Shown here in pieces: positions 48,263-58,072 of a stretch of 64,000 nucleotides of DNA. The stretch comes from Candidatus Altimarinota bacterium. GTDB lineage: Bacteria; Patescibacteriota; Gracilibacteria; CAIRYL01. The notes beneath the pieces are model-generated. The model was not told where the DNA came from. It saw only the letters and a list, made by a program, of their open reading frames with translations, and ran no database searches. Numbering within the stretch: the first letter of the stretch is position 1; every line of letters starts with the position of its first letter. Location: the NCBI GenBank assembly GCA_965250085.1, contig OZ252287.1, forward strand, positions 672,001 through 736,000. Direction: 5' to 3'. The translations under genes were made by a program, and so were the position numbers.

Positions 48263-48796
48263 TTACGAATTCTTTTTTTGATTTGGAAGCGTTCGAAATT
48301 CTACAATAATACTTCTTCCCTGTTTTTTTGGCTCCTGTTCTACTTTAGCAATTTCTATCAAGCTTTCTCTCATTTGGTCTATTCGCTTGAGACCTATCTC
48401 TGGATGAGACGCCTCTCTTCCTCGAAACTGCAAAATAACCTTTACCGGATGTCCTTTGGAAAGAAATTCTTCTGCTCTTCGCGTTCGAACTTCAAAATCA
48501 TGGTCAGAGATGCGAATGCCAAAGCGAATTTCTTTTGTCTCCTGCGCTTTTGAAAGTCTCTTTTGTTTTTTTTCTGCCTTCTTTTGGTGATACAAATAGT
48601 TCCCAAAGTCCATTATTTTGCATACTGGTGGCTGCGCCTTGGGGGAAACCTCTACAAGATCTAATTCTTGCTCCCCAGCTCTTTTCATTGCCTCAGCAAG
48701 AGACATTACACCCAGTTGTTCATCATTCTCAGCAATAACACGTATCTCTTGTGCGGTAATTCCAGTATTTTTCCGCGGGATTTTTTTCGAAGACAC
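48263..48796 (-). CDS. infC: Translation initiation factor IF-3; start GTG 48796 or ATT 48817
   Basis: LDLVEVSP.A.PPVCKIMDFG, KEIRF..I.DHD and FRGRE motifs. Confidence 0.95.
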   Translation of the reverse strand: MSSKKIPRKNTGITAQEIRVIAENDEQLGVMSLAEAMKRAGEQELDLVEVSPKAQPPVCKIMDFGNYLYHQKKAEKKQKRLSKAQETKEIRFGIRISDHDFEVRTRRAEEFLSKGHPVKVILQFRGREASHPEIGLKRIDQMRESLIEIAKVEQEPKKQGRSIIVEFRTLPNQKKNS

Positions 48797-48833
48797 AAGA
48801 AAGGAAAAGGCAAAAATTCTAAAGCGTGCGGGG

Positions 48834-48862
48834 AGTGTAGGCAAAAAACGAACTGAAGTCAA
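48834..48862 (-). promoter_or_regulatory. Sigma70-like promoter for infC-rpmI-rplT
   Basis: TTGACT-17 bp-TACACT. The TTG start in the ORF track is this -35 box. Confidence 0.7.
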
Positions 48863-48911
48863 TTCGTTTTTTGCCTCACGAAGTTACGATTTATACGATA
48901 TTATTTCGACT

Positions 48912-49322
48912 CTATTTGTCCTGTTTTACACAACAGCAACCAGGCATCGTAAGTGCCAAAGCAATCACTATCAGATAGAGAAAGTGATCTGCCATGGCTC
49001 CCATGTTTCCTTGGAGCAACTGTCCAAGTATGAAAATTAGGAAAAGGACGCCGGTGCAAAAGAGGCCGAGCACTCGCTTGTATCCTGAGAGAAGCCATAC
49101 ACCAAGAGCAACCTCGATGAATGGTACAAGATACAGAAATGCCTCTGCCAAGCCTACTGGAAGCATTGTTTCTGCAAATGGAGCGGACATGGCGCCGGCA
49201 AAGCCAGCAACACCTCCTTCGCTCATAAGCTTACCAATTCCAGCAAGAAGCATAAAAATCCCCATTCCAACACGAAGGAGGGTTTCTCCTTTTGCCGGCA
49301 TGGCTTCAGACATATGTTTCAT
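48912..49322 (-). CDS. DoxX-family membrane protein
   Basis: LLRVGMGIF...G..KL..P.IE..LG..LL.G pattern with four TM helices. Confidence 0.8.
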   Translation of the reverse strand: MKHMSEAMPAKGETLLRVGMGIFMLLAGIGKLMSEGGVAGFAGAMSAPFAETMLPVGLAEAFLYLVPFIEVALGVWLLSGYKRVLGLFCTGVLFLIFILGQLLQGNMGAMADHFLYLIVIALALTMPGCCCVKQDK

Positions 49323-49461
49323 ATAAAAAGGGGAAAAAGATAAAGAAAGAATAAAAAAGTTGTTCATATAATAGCTGAGCCCGCTACGTAGTCAACTTTT
49401 TTTAGATTTTTGAAAGAGAAATATGTTGAAATATTTTAAAAAAATAGTAAAGTATATATTG

Positions 49462-50919
49462 TTATTTTTCTTTTTTTTGTGAGAAGTAATACCACGCTAT
49501 ACCCAGTATCCCATACCATATTCCCAAGCCAATACCCTCTGTTGAAAGCGGCGTGTCTGCAAAAGGAATTTGAGAAAACACATGAGTTATAAATAGTGCA
49601 AAATGAAGAATTCCATATGCCAAAAACCCTGAGAAGAAGTGAAATCCTGGGAAAAAAGTAAAGAACGAAAAAAACATCGCCAGGGGAACCAGTGGTGCTA
49701 CCAAGAGATTGGCAACAGGAGAAACAAGTGAAATGCGACCAAAATAAAGGGCTACTAGTGGGAGTGCCATAATTTGGGCTGCGAGAGTTGTCTGTAGTGC
49801 ATCTCGAAATCCAAAAGCAGTAGGAATAGAGACAAATACTTTTTGCCAAAGTGGTGTAAAAAGAATAAGGCCTATGACCGCCGCAACAGAAAGTTGAAAG
49901 GAAATATCTGAATACAATAAAAAAGGATTGAAGCTGACAATAAGTACTATGCTCCATAAGAGAACATAAAGTGGCGTTCCGTAATATCCAAAGTGAAGTA
50001 TAAATAATGCGAGTGATCCCATGACAGCTGCTCGTACCACCGAAGCAGAAGCTCCTGTAAGAAGGACAAAAGCGCAAACAAAACTAAGTGTCAGAAAGAG
50101 ATTTGTTTTGCGCGGCAAAAACTGAAACATCCAAAATACGAAAAGAATGAGAATTGTTATGTTGAATCCTGAGAGAGCCAGGAGATGAGAAAGTCCTGTG
50201 ATTCGAAATTCTTCTACAATATCTGTTGGGAATCCCTTGTCACCCCCAAAAAGAATACCTACCGCAAAACTTGCTTCTGGCTCTGGAATATGGAGACGAA
50301 GTAGTGTCTCAGCCTTAGCGCGAAGATGAAAAAGTGTGGAAAAAAATGTGATTTTTGTGTTCTTCTCAATCAACTCTGCCTCTGCCCATGGAATATAGGC
50401 ATATATGCCTTCTTTTTCTAAATATCTTCGATATGAAAAATCTTCCCATTCTGGAGGAAGAGTAAGCTTTCCTCGAATGCGAAGAGTGTCTCCATATAAA
50501 AATTGTGGATACAGTGGAAGATTCAGGAGGATCGTTCCGACAACATTTATTTCTTGCTGGTCTTCTGCAAACTGCAAACTCTTTACCTCAAAACGTACTT
50601 GTACTTTTTTAAGACTTCCGTCTGGAAAAGAAGATATTTTTCCTGTCATGAGAACTCTTGGAGCCAACTCTTTTTCTTCAGCATAAAATGCTACTTCAGA
50701 AGGATCTGGCGTATGTATCGCTAGCAAGATGCGAAGCATGCCGAGTAAAAAACATCCATTCCAAAGAAAAAAAATCCGGAGTGAAACCTTGGGGAGAAAA
50801 AGAAATATACAGAGAAAAAAAGGAAGGAGAAGAGTGGCATCATTTCGCGTGCTGTCCAAAAGAAAAATTCCGAGAAGAAAAGAAAGAAAGGCGCCAGAAA
50901 TAATATATTTGCGTTTCAT
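49462..50919 (-). CDS. comEC: ComEC/Rec2 competence protein (DUF4131 + competence domain)
   Basis: F.YRRYL, TGLSHLLALSGFN, G.SASVVRAAVM, SFQLS and S..ANLL motifs. Confidence 0.93.
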   Translation of the reverse strand: MKRKYIISGAFLSFLLGIFLLDSTRNDATLLLPFFLCIFLFLPKVSLRIFFLWNGCFLLGMLRILLAIHTPDPSEVAFYAEEKELAPRVLMTGKISSFPDGSLKKVQVRFEVKSLQFAEDQQEINVVGTILLNLPLYPQFLYGDTLRIRGKLTLPPEWEDFSYRRYLEKEGIYAYIPWAEAELIEKNTKITFFSTLFHLRAKAETLLRLHIPEPEASFAVGILFGGDKGFPTDIVEEFRITGLSHLLALSGFNITILILFVFWMFQFLPRKTNLFLTLSFVCAFVLLTGASASVVRAAVMGSLALFILHFGYYGTPLYVLLWSIVLIVSFNPFLLYSDISFQLSVAAVIGLILFTPLWQKVFVSIPTAFGFRDALQTTLAAQIMALPLVALYFGRISLVSPVANLLVAPLVPLAMFFSFFTFFPGFHFFSGFLAYGILHFALFITHVFSQIPFADTPLSTEGIGLGIWYGILGIAWYYFSQKKEK

Positions 50920-51055
50920 GAGGATTCATTGTTCAAAAGCTGGTGAAAAAGAGCAATATTTAAAGAAATATTAAGTCCAGAGGTGAAATCCGATATGATA
51001 TGATCCTTCTCACAAAAATATTTGATTTTCAACCTGCCACCTTTTACTCGATTCT

Positions 51056-52231
51056 ATGAAGAGGATCTATCTCGATCACGCGGCTACTACTCGCCTCAAT
51101 GAAGAAGCTTTAAAGGCGATGGAGCCGTATCTGACAGAGAATTTTGGGAATGCTTCTGCTGTGTATAGAGAAGGGCAGAAAGGAAGAGAAGCTATTGATG
51201 ATGCGCGTCATGAGATTTCAAAAATCTTGGAGTGCAGCTTAGAAGAGATTGTATTTGTCAGTTCAGCAACTGAAGGAAACAATTTTGCGGTCAAAGGAAT
51301 TCTCCAGGCATGGAGAAAGAAACATCAAAAAAAGCCCCATTTTATTACAAGCCCCATAGAACACTCTTCAGTACTGAGAGTGGCAGAATATCTGGAGGAG
51401 GAAGCATTGGCGGAAGTGACATATTTGCCAGTTGATAATGAGGGGCGTATAGACCCTGATGACTTGAGAAAAAGTATTCAGGAAAATACTGCACTTGTTT
51501 CTATCCATTATGTGAACAATGAAATTGGAGTTATCGAACCCGTTCCAAGACTTGGAAAAATTTGCGAAAAACACGATATCCCATTTCATGTAGACGCCGT
51601 GCAGGCTGCTGGAATACTTCCTCTTTCCGTACAACGCCTCCATTGCAATCTTCTCACTCTTTCGGCTCACAAATTTTATGGACCCAAGGGCATTGGACTT
51701 CTCTATGTGAGACGCGGAACAGAAATGGCTTCGCAAATGCATGGGGGCGGACAGGAGCGCAAGTACAGAAGCGGTACGGAAAATGTGGCAGGCATCGCCG
51801 GTATGGCAAAAGCACTACAGATTGCAGAAGAAAAACGGGAAAAAGAATCTGTGAGATTGAGAGAATTACAGGAGTTCGGTTTGAAACTCATGCAAAAAGA
51901 ATTTTCTGAGATAAAACTCAATGGTCCGGAGCTGGGGGATAAACGCACTCCAACCAATCTCCATTTTGGCTTTGGAGAACTGGATGGAGAAAGCTTGCTG
52001 ATTCGCTTAGACCTCGAAGGCCTTGCTTGTTCGCTGGGCTCTGCATGCTCTTCAGGCATGCTAGATCCTTCTCATGTGCTCAAAGCTATTGGTGTCTCAT
52101 CAGAAGAAGCCCGCAGTGGACTGAGGCTCACGACGGGGCGAAGTACAAAAAAATCAGATTTTGAGAAAGTAATTCCGATGATTGTGAAAACAGTGAAGCA
52201 ATTACAAAATGAACAAGAGTTCTTGACATAG
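51056..52231 (+). CDS. iscS: Cysteine desulfurase
   Basis: IYLDHAATT, HVDAVQ, SAHKFYGPKG, RSGTEN and GSACSSG motifs. Confidence 0.94.
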   Translation: MKRIYLDHAATTRLNEEALKAMEPYLTENFGNASAVYREGQKGREAIDDARHEISKILECSLEEIVFVSSATEGNNFAVKGILQAWRKKHQKKPHFITSPIEHSSVLRVAEYLEEEALAEVTYLPVDNEGRIDPDDLRKSIQENTALVSIHYVNNEIGVIEPVPRLGKICEKHDIPFHVDAVQAAGILPLSVQRLHCNLLTLSAHKFYGPKGIGLLYVRRGTEMASQMHGGGQERKYRSGTENVAGIAGMAKALQIAEEKREKESVRLRELQEFGLKLMQKEFSEIKLNGPELGDKRTPTNLHFGFGELDGESLLIRLDLEGLACSLGSACSSGMLDPSHVLKAIGVSSEEARSGLRLTTGRSTKKSDFEKVIPMIVKTVKQLQNEQEFLT

Positions 52232-52246
52232 CATCATAAAAATGTA

Positions 52247-52956
52247 GGCTCTAGAGTAGGAGATTTTAAAAATCTCTGATAATTTTGGACATTATAACAA
52301 AAATATCTTGATCTTTATAGTTCCATCGCCACTCACATTCTTTGAGGTGAAAGTTAAACTTGTGAGAAGCAATTCCGTTAAACTTAGAGAGTCTTCTTTT
52401 CGCAAAAGACCAAAAGGATTCAATACCATTTACATGACATTTTCCTCGTGCAAATTCATTTTCTGAGTGATGAATACGATAGTGATCATATCCATTGAGA
52501 ATGAGTCCATCATAAGCTCTCCATCCATCAGTATGAATAGTTGATCCTTCTAGTATTTTTCCTTGAATAATAGGTAGGAGCTCTTTTCTGGAGCAATCTT
52601 TTACAATAGAAACAAATACCCTTCCTTCTCTTTGAAGGATTCCAAAGACAGGAGTCTTTCCTGCGGCTCCTCTTCCTCTCTTTCCTCTCACTCTCTTTGC
52701 TCCAAAGTAACTTTCATCAAGTTCAAATTCTCCAAAACTCTTTGACTGTGCTAAAGAGAACTTTGCAATCTTTTCTCTAAAAATATTAAAATATCGATCA
52801 ACCGTTCTCCGATTGAGATCTAGAATATTTGCTGTTTTTGATGCATTGAGATCTTCACAAAAACACTTCAATATTTTTTTGATCTTATAATTCGATATTT
52901 TACTGTGTTTAAGCATGTTAAGAGAATAATTGAAGTAATTATTCTACTCAAGAGCC
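52247..52956 (-). mobile_element. IS1595-family insertion sequence (710 bp)
   Basis: Terminal inverted repeats GGCTCTAGAGTAGGA / GGCTCTTGAGTAGAA, flanked by direct repeat AAATGTA (52240-52246 and 52957-52963). Confidence 0.92.
52266..52916 (-). CDS. IS1595-family (ISXO2-like) DDE transposase
   Basis: ELDESYFG, GKRGRGAAGKTPVFG, IHTDGWRAY, HVNGIESFWS and HLKECEWR motifs. Confidence 0.95.
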   Translation of the reverse strand: MLKHSKISNYKIKKILKCFCEDLNASKTANILDLNRRTVDRYFNIFREKIAKFSLAQSKSFGEFELDESYFGAKRVRGKRGRGAAGKTPVFGILQREGRVFVSIVKDCSRKELLPIIQGKILEGSTIHTDGWRAYDGLILNGYDHYRIHHSENEFARGKCHVNGIESFWSFAKRRLSKFNGIASHKFNFHLKECEWRWNYKDQDIFVIMSKIIRDF

Positions 52957-53020
52957 AAATGTAATATTATTCCCTGTTTTTGTATTCTTGCATTCTTATT
53001 TTTCTTTTTATGTCAAAATT

Positions 53021-53401
53021 ATGTCAAAAAACACAATAGAGTCCACTCCATTTGATACTTTTGCAGAAGTGTCTGCAGCAATAGAAAAATTGCAAAACCG
53101 TACAGCCAACGAGTCTGTTTCACGAGCTATTTTTGGAGCTCCGTGTGAGGAAATTGTAGCTGACATTGAGACATTAAGATCTTGTCTGACATCAGATGTG
53201 GTGCCACAAGAATTAAAAGACGATTTTAAGTCGGTGTGTCAAACATTTCTAGCACGCATGGAAATACTCGAAGGACAACATGCAGATAGTATTGAGGTAA
53301 TAGGATTTGCCTCGGGAGAATACGGAGGCAGTATTCGTTTTCTTAGGCATTATGTATCACAAACAAGAGCCTCTCTTTCACAAGAGGTGCCATTGAGTTG
53401 A
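53021..53401 (+). CDS. Hypothetical protein
   Basis: 126-aa ORF from ATG 53021. Confidence 0.55.
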   Translation: MSKNTIESTPFDTFAEVSAAIEKLQNRTANESVSRAIFGAPCEEIVADIETLRSCLTSDVVPQELKDDFKSVCQTFLARMEILEGQHADSIEVIGFASGEYGGSIRFLRHYVSQTRASLSQEVPLS

Positions 53402-53405
53402 TTCT

Positions 53406-53450
53406 GCTGGCGCGCGTTTCCTCCAAAGGCGGACACGGATAACGCATGCC
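53406..53450. repeat. GCTGGYGCGCGTTTC hairpin repeat, copy 2, with an insert
   Basis: GGCGCGCGTT..AACGCATGCC arms around CCTCCAAAGGCGGACACGG. Confidence 0.55.
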
Positions 53451-53674
53451 AAATTTCCGTGGAAACCGATACCCTATTCATCGTGGTCTTTTGAGCTACG
53501 GTATATTTGTGGTTTCAGCCAAAGCCTATTTGTCTTTGTAAGAACAGAATAGTGAGTCTTCATTTAAAATCTTTAATTTATAATCTATCCTCCTTCGTAC
53601 CTGATAAGTCGGGATTACGGCGGATAACTGCTTTTTATTTATGTTTTCATACGGAGCAGTTATAATTTGTCCTG

Positions 53675-54709
53675 ATGGCAATATCTCGACAAGAATCGGA
53701 AGTAGTAGCGGCTCCTCATGATGCCAAAGAGGAAGTCTTTGAGGCGACTTTGAGACCGAAGACATTTGATGAATATGTAGGACAAAGGCAGATCAAAAAA
53801 AATCTGAAAGTTTTTATCGGTGGAGCCAAAAAACGTGATGAAGCCTTGGAGCACATCCTTGTCTACGGACCAGCGGGACTGGGGAAGACAACACTTGCAC
53901 ATATCATTGCCCGAGAGATGGGCGGGAATCTGCGAATTACTTCTGGACCCGCTATTGAAAAGACAGGAGATCTGGCAGCACTTCTTACGAGTTTACAAAA
54001 GGGAGACGTGCTGTTTATTGATGAGATTCATCGACTCAAAACCATAGTAGAAGAGATTCTGTATTCCGCTATGGAAGATCATGCACTCGATCTTATGGTC
54101 GGCAGTGGACCGGGGGCAAAATCTATGCGGCTTTCGCTCGAGCCATTTACCCTCATTGGCGCTACGACCAAAATCGGACTGCTCTCCTCCCCTCTTCGTG
54201 ACAGGTTTGGGAGTATCCATAAGCTTGAGTTTTATAGTCCAGATGAGATTGCTCAGATACTCAAGCGAAGTGCTGAGATCTTGAAATGCAAGATCGACGA
54301 CAATGCGAGGAAGTTTCTGAGTACCTCAGCCAGATCTACTCCGCGTATTGCCAATAGACTTCTCAAGCGTGTACGTGACTTTGCCGATATGGATGGTCAC
54401 GCTGTTATCTCGCAAAAGATTTGTGAAGATGCTTTGGGACATTTGGGCATTGATGAGCAAGGGCTTGATGCGACTGATCGTGCATTGCTCACTGCTATTA
54501 TCGAAAAATTCTCCGGTGGACCAGTAGGACTCAGTACCCTTGCTGCCGCTATGGCAGAAGAAAAAGAAACTATAGAAGACATCTATGAACCATTCCTTAT
54601 GCAGATAGGATTTCTCCAGCGTACTCCCAAGGGTCGCATGGCTACAAAACACGCCTACAAACACTTGGATATGGAGACGCCAAAAGATGCACCTTCGCTT
54701 TTTTCGTAG
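53675..54709 (+). CDS. ruvB: Holliday junction branch migration helicase RuvB
   Basis: LRPKTFDEYVGQ, GPAGLGKTTLA, FIDEIHR, PLRDRFG and GGPVGL motifs. Confidence 0.98.
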   Translation: MAISRQESEVVAAPHDAKEEVFEATLRPKTFDEYVGQRQIKKNLKVFIGGAKKRDEALEHILVYGPAGLGKTTLAHIIAREMGGNLRITSGPAIEKTGDLAALLTSLQKGDVLFIDEIHRLKTIVEEILYSAMEDHALDLMVGSGPGAKSMRLSLEPFTLIGATTKIGLLSSPLRDRFGSIHKLEFYSPDEIAQILKRSAEILKCKIDDNARKFLSTSARSTPRIANRLLKRVRDFADMDGHAVISQKICEDALGHLGIDEQGLDATDRALLTAIIEKFSGGPVGLSTLAAAMAEEKETIEDIYEPFLMQIGFLQRTPKGRMATKHAYKHLDMETPKDAPSLFS

Positions 54710-54718
54710 AATACCAGT

Positions 54719-56590
54719 CTAAATAATCGTGCAAGATATGTTTGCTACAAACAGTGGAACAAAATTATCTCCATCTTTTTTATAAACCTCTGCTTTTACT
54801 TTACCGAAGGTGGCGATAGTATTTCCTCTCAGTTTTCCAATTTTTCCACGAGTTACTAGCGTATCTCCTGCTTTCAAATCTTGTATCGCACGTGAATCCA
54901 ATTGCTTTTTCTCGATACTCGTTATCATTACATTCTTTCCAGCAAATTGCTCGGACATCCCAGCGGCGGCAATTCCTTGTGATGCAATTTCTGACAACAA
55001 TGGTGAGCTTATATTTCCTGATTTGGTTGTGTCGATTGTATTAGCAGTAATATCGCCAATCTTAAATTCTGCTTCAAGAATATCGTCAGGATAATTTATT
55101 GCAGTGTCTACCATCAGGAATCCATTACTATGAGGGAGTATCCCTTTAATAGTGCTACGGTCTAGTTTTTTCGCATCTGACTGAGGCGCATTTTGAAGTT
55201 CTGGCTCAAGAGAATTTCTTGCCTTCTTTTTTGATACCTCAATATAAACAATGTCCGGATTATCTGCACTCACTACGAAGTATTTCTCATCCGACTGAAT
55301 ACATTGCACCTTTTCATACGGAAGAATTGGCTTTCGGTATTTTACCGAAAGCTCAGTATCATCTATCTTAAATTTACTTATGAGGAGTTCTTCTCCGGCA
55401 ATACCTGGAGCGATTCCCATATGATCACACAAGGTCTGATTATCAGTTCCCGCCATTTGATATATACCATCATCCAATTTAGTAAATAATCGGAATTGAT
55501 CCTCTGGCTCTGGAGTATTGTCTGATGATACTTCAGGAATTAGGTATGAAGGATTGTTAGGAGTGAAGTACCCTCCCTGCAAAATACTTTCTTCATCAAT
55601 CCCAAGGGCATCTATCATATCTCTGTTTTTATTTACAATTTCCTTTACCTCATATGCCACCTGTTCTTTGAGTGCCTCTGAGATGGTTTTTCCAAAAAAT
55701 TGTAAAAATCCCAAACGTAATCCTTTTTCTTTCATTTTTCCTGTAATCAAATCATTGAGTTCTTTTCCAGTAAGTCCTTCTCTTTCATATTGTGATACTT
55801 TATCAATTTCTTCAAAAATACACAGTACTGCATCTCTATATTCTGAGAAATAAGGAACGCCCTCCAGGCAATCAATCAGTGGTTTCCAAAATAGATCATC
55901 CCTTCTGTCATCAATTTTTTCACAAAAATCATGAATAATTTTGAGAGAAGTGAGCGGCATTATAGAAGTGGAGTCGGTGTATATCTCAGGAGCACGATAG
56001 GCGTATCCATTTTTCAAGGAGCTGATTGCTTTTTCACCATGGGCTTTTGCGTCTTGCATCACATATGCTTGTGCAAAATCTGATTGATACGAAAGAAATG
56101 TTTTTACTGTTTGGTCAGTTACTATCCCTTCTTCTTCCAAGTTCTGGAGAAGTTGTAAAAATTGATTCACCGCTACTTCTCTAAGTGAATCGAGAATTTC
56201 CTTACGTTTCAAAATTCTTTTTGATCCTTCGTTCTCTGGATTTTTACTAGCAGATGTTAATTCTTTTTCGGTTGGATAAGAAACTTCATGAGCATCAAAG
56301 CTTTGTGTGGCAGCAAGTGCTGCTTCCTTTCCCTTGCCGGCTCCTCCAAGAATAATGGAACTGAGTGTGGATCCTCGTAGAGCATCGACAATTCCTTTTA
56401 CTTGCCTGTCAAAAACTTTATCTGCTCCTCCAAATTTGAGCGCGAATTGACGTGGAGGATCTCCTGATGTTGTTCTTGTTGTGGCAATATTTCTCTCTTT
56501 ATTAGTCTGAAGCGCATGAATAATGGCTCCTCCAATACCACTGGGATTCCCTCCAATAATAAGGTCTGTATACGTCTGCTTTTCTGCCAT
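54719..56590 (-). CDS. Putative Rossmann-fold reductase-like plus hot-dog (FabZ-like) dehydratase fusion
   Basis: N-terminal LIIGGNPSGIGGAI. C-terminal I..ILPH...FLMVD..LLSEIASQ is FabZ-like. Confidence 0.55.
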   Translation of the reverse strand: MAEKQTYTDLIIGGNPSGIGGAIIHALQTNKERNIATTRTTSGDPPRQFALKFGGADKVFDRQVKGIVDALRGSTLSSIILGGAGKGKEAALAATQSFDAHEVSYPTEKELTSASKNPENEGSKRILKRKEILDSLREVAVNQFLQLLQNLEEEGIVTDQTVKTFLSYQSDFAQAYVMQDAKAHGEKAISSLKNGYAYRAPEIYTDSTSIMPLTSLKIIHDFCEKIDDRRDDLFWKPLIDCLEGVPYFSEYRDAVLCIFEEIDKVSQYEREGLTGKELNDLITGKMKEKGLRLGFLQFFGKTISEALKEQVAYEVKEIVNKNRDMIDALGIDEESILQGGYFTPNNPSYLIPEVSSDNTPEPEDQFRLFTKLDDGIYQMAGTDNQTLCDHMGIAPGIAGEELLISKFKIDDTELSVKYRKPILPYEKVQCIQSDEKYFVVSADNPDIVYIEVSKKKARNSLEPELQNAPQSDAKKLDRSTIKGILPHSNGFLMVDTAINYPDDILEAEFKIGDITANTIDTTKSGNISSPLLSEIASQGIAAAGMSEQFAGKNVMITSIEKKQLDSRAIQDLKAGDTLVTRGKIGKLRGNTIATFGKVKAEVYKKDGDNFVPLFVANISCTII

Positions 56591-56666
56591 CAGTATTTTT
56601 AAGAATACAAAAGGCAAACAAAGTATAATTATTCTTCATAAATGTCAATATTATTATCTTTCTGTT

Positions 56667-58034
56667 TCATAGTATCTCTCCCTTACAAATCCACACATCT
56701 GCCTCTTCTATTTTGACCGGAACGATCTCTCCTACAAACCTCTCCGCTTTTTTCCCAACCGGAAAGAAAATTGTTTGCCCCGTGTGACACTTGCCTTTTG
56801 CAATGTTTTTGTCATCCACAGATTCCACCAGTACCTCCACCTGTTGTCCTATAATCCGTTTGTTTTCACTGAATGAAGTCTCTCTGAGTTTTTCGGTAAG
56901 GATCTGAAATCGACGGTCTTTTTCCTTTTTTGAGATATCATCTGGCATTTTTTCTCCCGCAAAAGTCCCCGGTCGCGGAGAATATTTGGAGATATATGCC
57001 ATCAGGAATTGCTCCTGATCAAAAAGATCCATGGTCATTTGAAACTCTTCTTCTGTTTCACCAGAAAATCCCACAATGATATCTGTAGTAATTGTGATAT
57101 CTGGCATGAGCTCCCGTGCCTTCGCTGTGGTACGTTTGAAACGAGCAATATTGTGCTCACGCCCCATACGTCTGAGTACTTCAGATGATCCGCTCTGCAC
57201 GGGCAGATGAATACTCCGAGCAATATTAGAATATGCCGCAATGACTTCCAGCACATCATCTCCCATATGCCTGGGGTGAGGAGAAGTAAACTTGAGTCGC
57301 TTGAGATTTGGAATCTGAGCAATTTGTTCAAGCAGAAAAGCAAAATCTGTTTGCCTTTGAAGCATCTTTCGTTTGCTGTCATCCAGGAAATACGCATTCA
57401 CATTTTGTCCCACCAGAGTGATCTCTTTGGCTCCATTTTCCACGTGGTTTTCGCACTCAGTCATAATCTCTTTGAAAGAACGTGAACGTTCTCTTCCCCG
57501 CGTAAATGGCACCACGCAATAGGTGCAAAATTTATCACACCCTGTCATGATAGGCACGTATACGCGGAATTTTTCTGTGAGCTTGGGAGAAATATGCAGG
57601 TAGTCATTCAGATCAAATTCATGTTTTGGACGCTGGAGAGAGGTATCAAATTGCGAGAGAAAATCAGGAATTTTGGGCAAGTCTTCTATTCGGAATACCA
57701 TATCTATTTTTTTATGTTTTTTGAGGAGTGGATCGCGATCTTCATCTTCCTGCGTGGATGATTTTTTGACCATGCATCCCGTGAGACCCACCATCTTTCC
57801 CTTTTTTTTGGCATTGTGTACAAATCCATGCACTCGGTCCTCTGCATGCTGCTTGATAGAACACGTATTGAGAAAAACGATATCTGACTCTTCCATTGTC
57901 TCTACCTTTTGCATATTCAGACTCTCCAGTACGGTTTCGAGCCTTTCAGAATCAGAATGATTCATCTGACATCCAAACGTTTTGAGAGAGAACTTTTTGA
58001 GATGCTTTGGGAATGGTGCAACGAAAGAAGTCAT
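56667..58034 (-). CDS. miaB: tRNA-2-methylthio-N6-dimethylallyladenosine synthase MiaB
   Basis: TFGCQMN..DSE, NTCS, GCDKFCTYCVVP.TRG radical SAM motif and a C-terminal TRAM domain. Confidence 0.95.
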   Translation of the reverse strand: MTSFVAPFPKHLKKFSLKTFGCQMNHSDSERLETVLESLNMQKVETMEESDIVFLNTCSIKQHAEDRVHGFVHNAKKKGKMVGLTGCMVKKSSTQEDEDRDPLLKKHKKIDMVFRIEDLPKIPDFLSQFDTSLQRPKHEFDLNDYLHISPKLTEKFRVYVPIMTGCDKFCTYCVVPFTRGRERSRSFKEIMTECENHVENGAKEITLVGQNVNAYFLDDSKRKMLQRQTDFAFLLEQIAQIPNLKRLKFTSPHPRHMGDDVLEVIAAYSNIARSIHLPVQSGSSEVLRRMGREHNIARFKRTTAKARELMPDITITTDIIVGFSGETEEEFQMTMDLFDQEQFLMAYISKYSPRPGTFAGEKMPDDISKKEKDRRFQILTEKLRETSFSENKRIIGQQVEVLVESVDDKNIAKGKCHTGQTIFFPVGKKAERFVGEIVPVKIEEADVWICKGEIL

Positions 58035-58072
58035 AGCAGAAAGATTGTACTGCATTTTTTGAGAAACTCAAT

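Noticed and set aside
53526-53765. 79-aa ORF on the minus strand
   Set aside because: It overlaps the ruvB start in antisense and has no recognisable motif.
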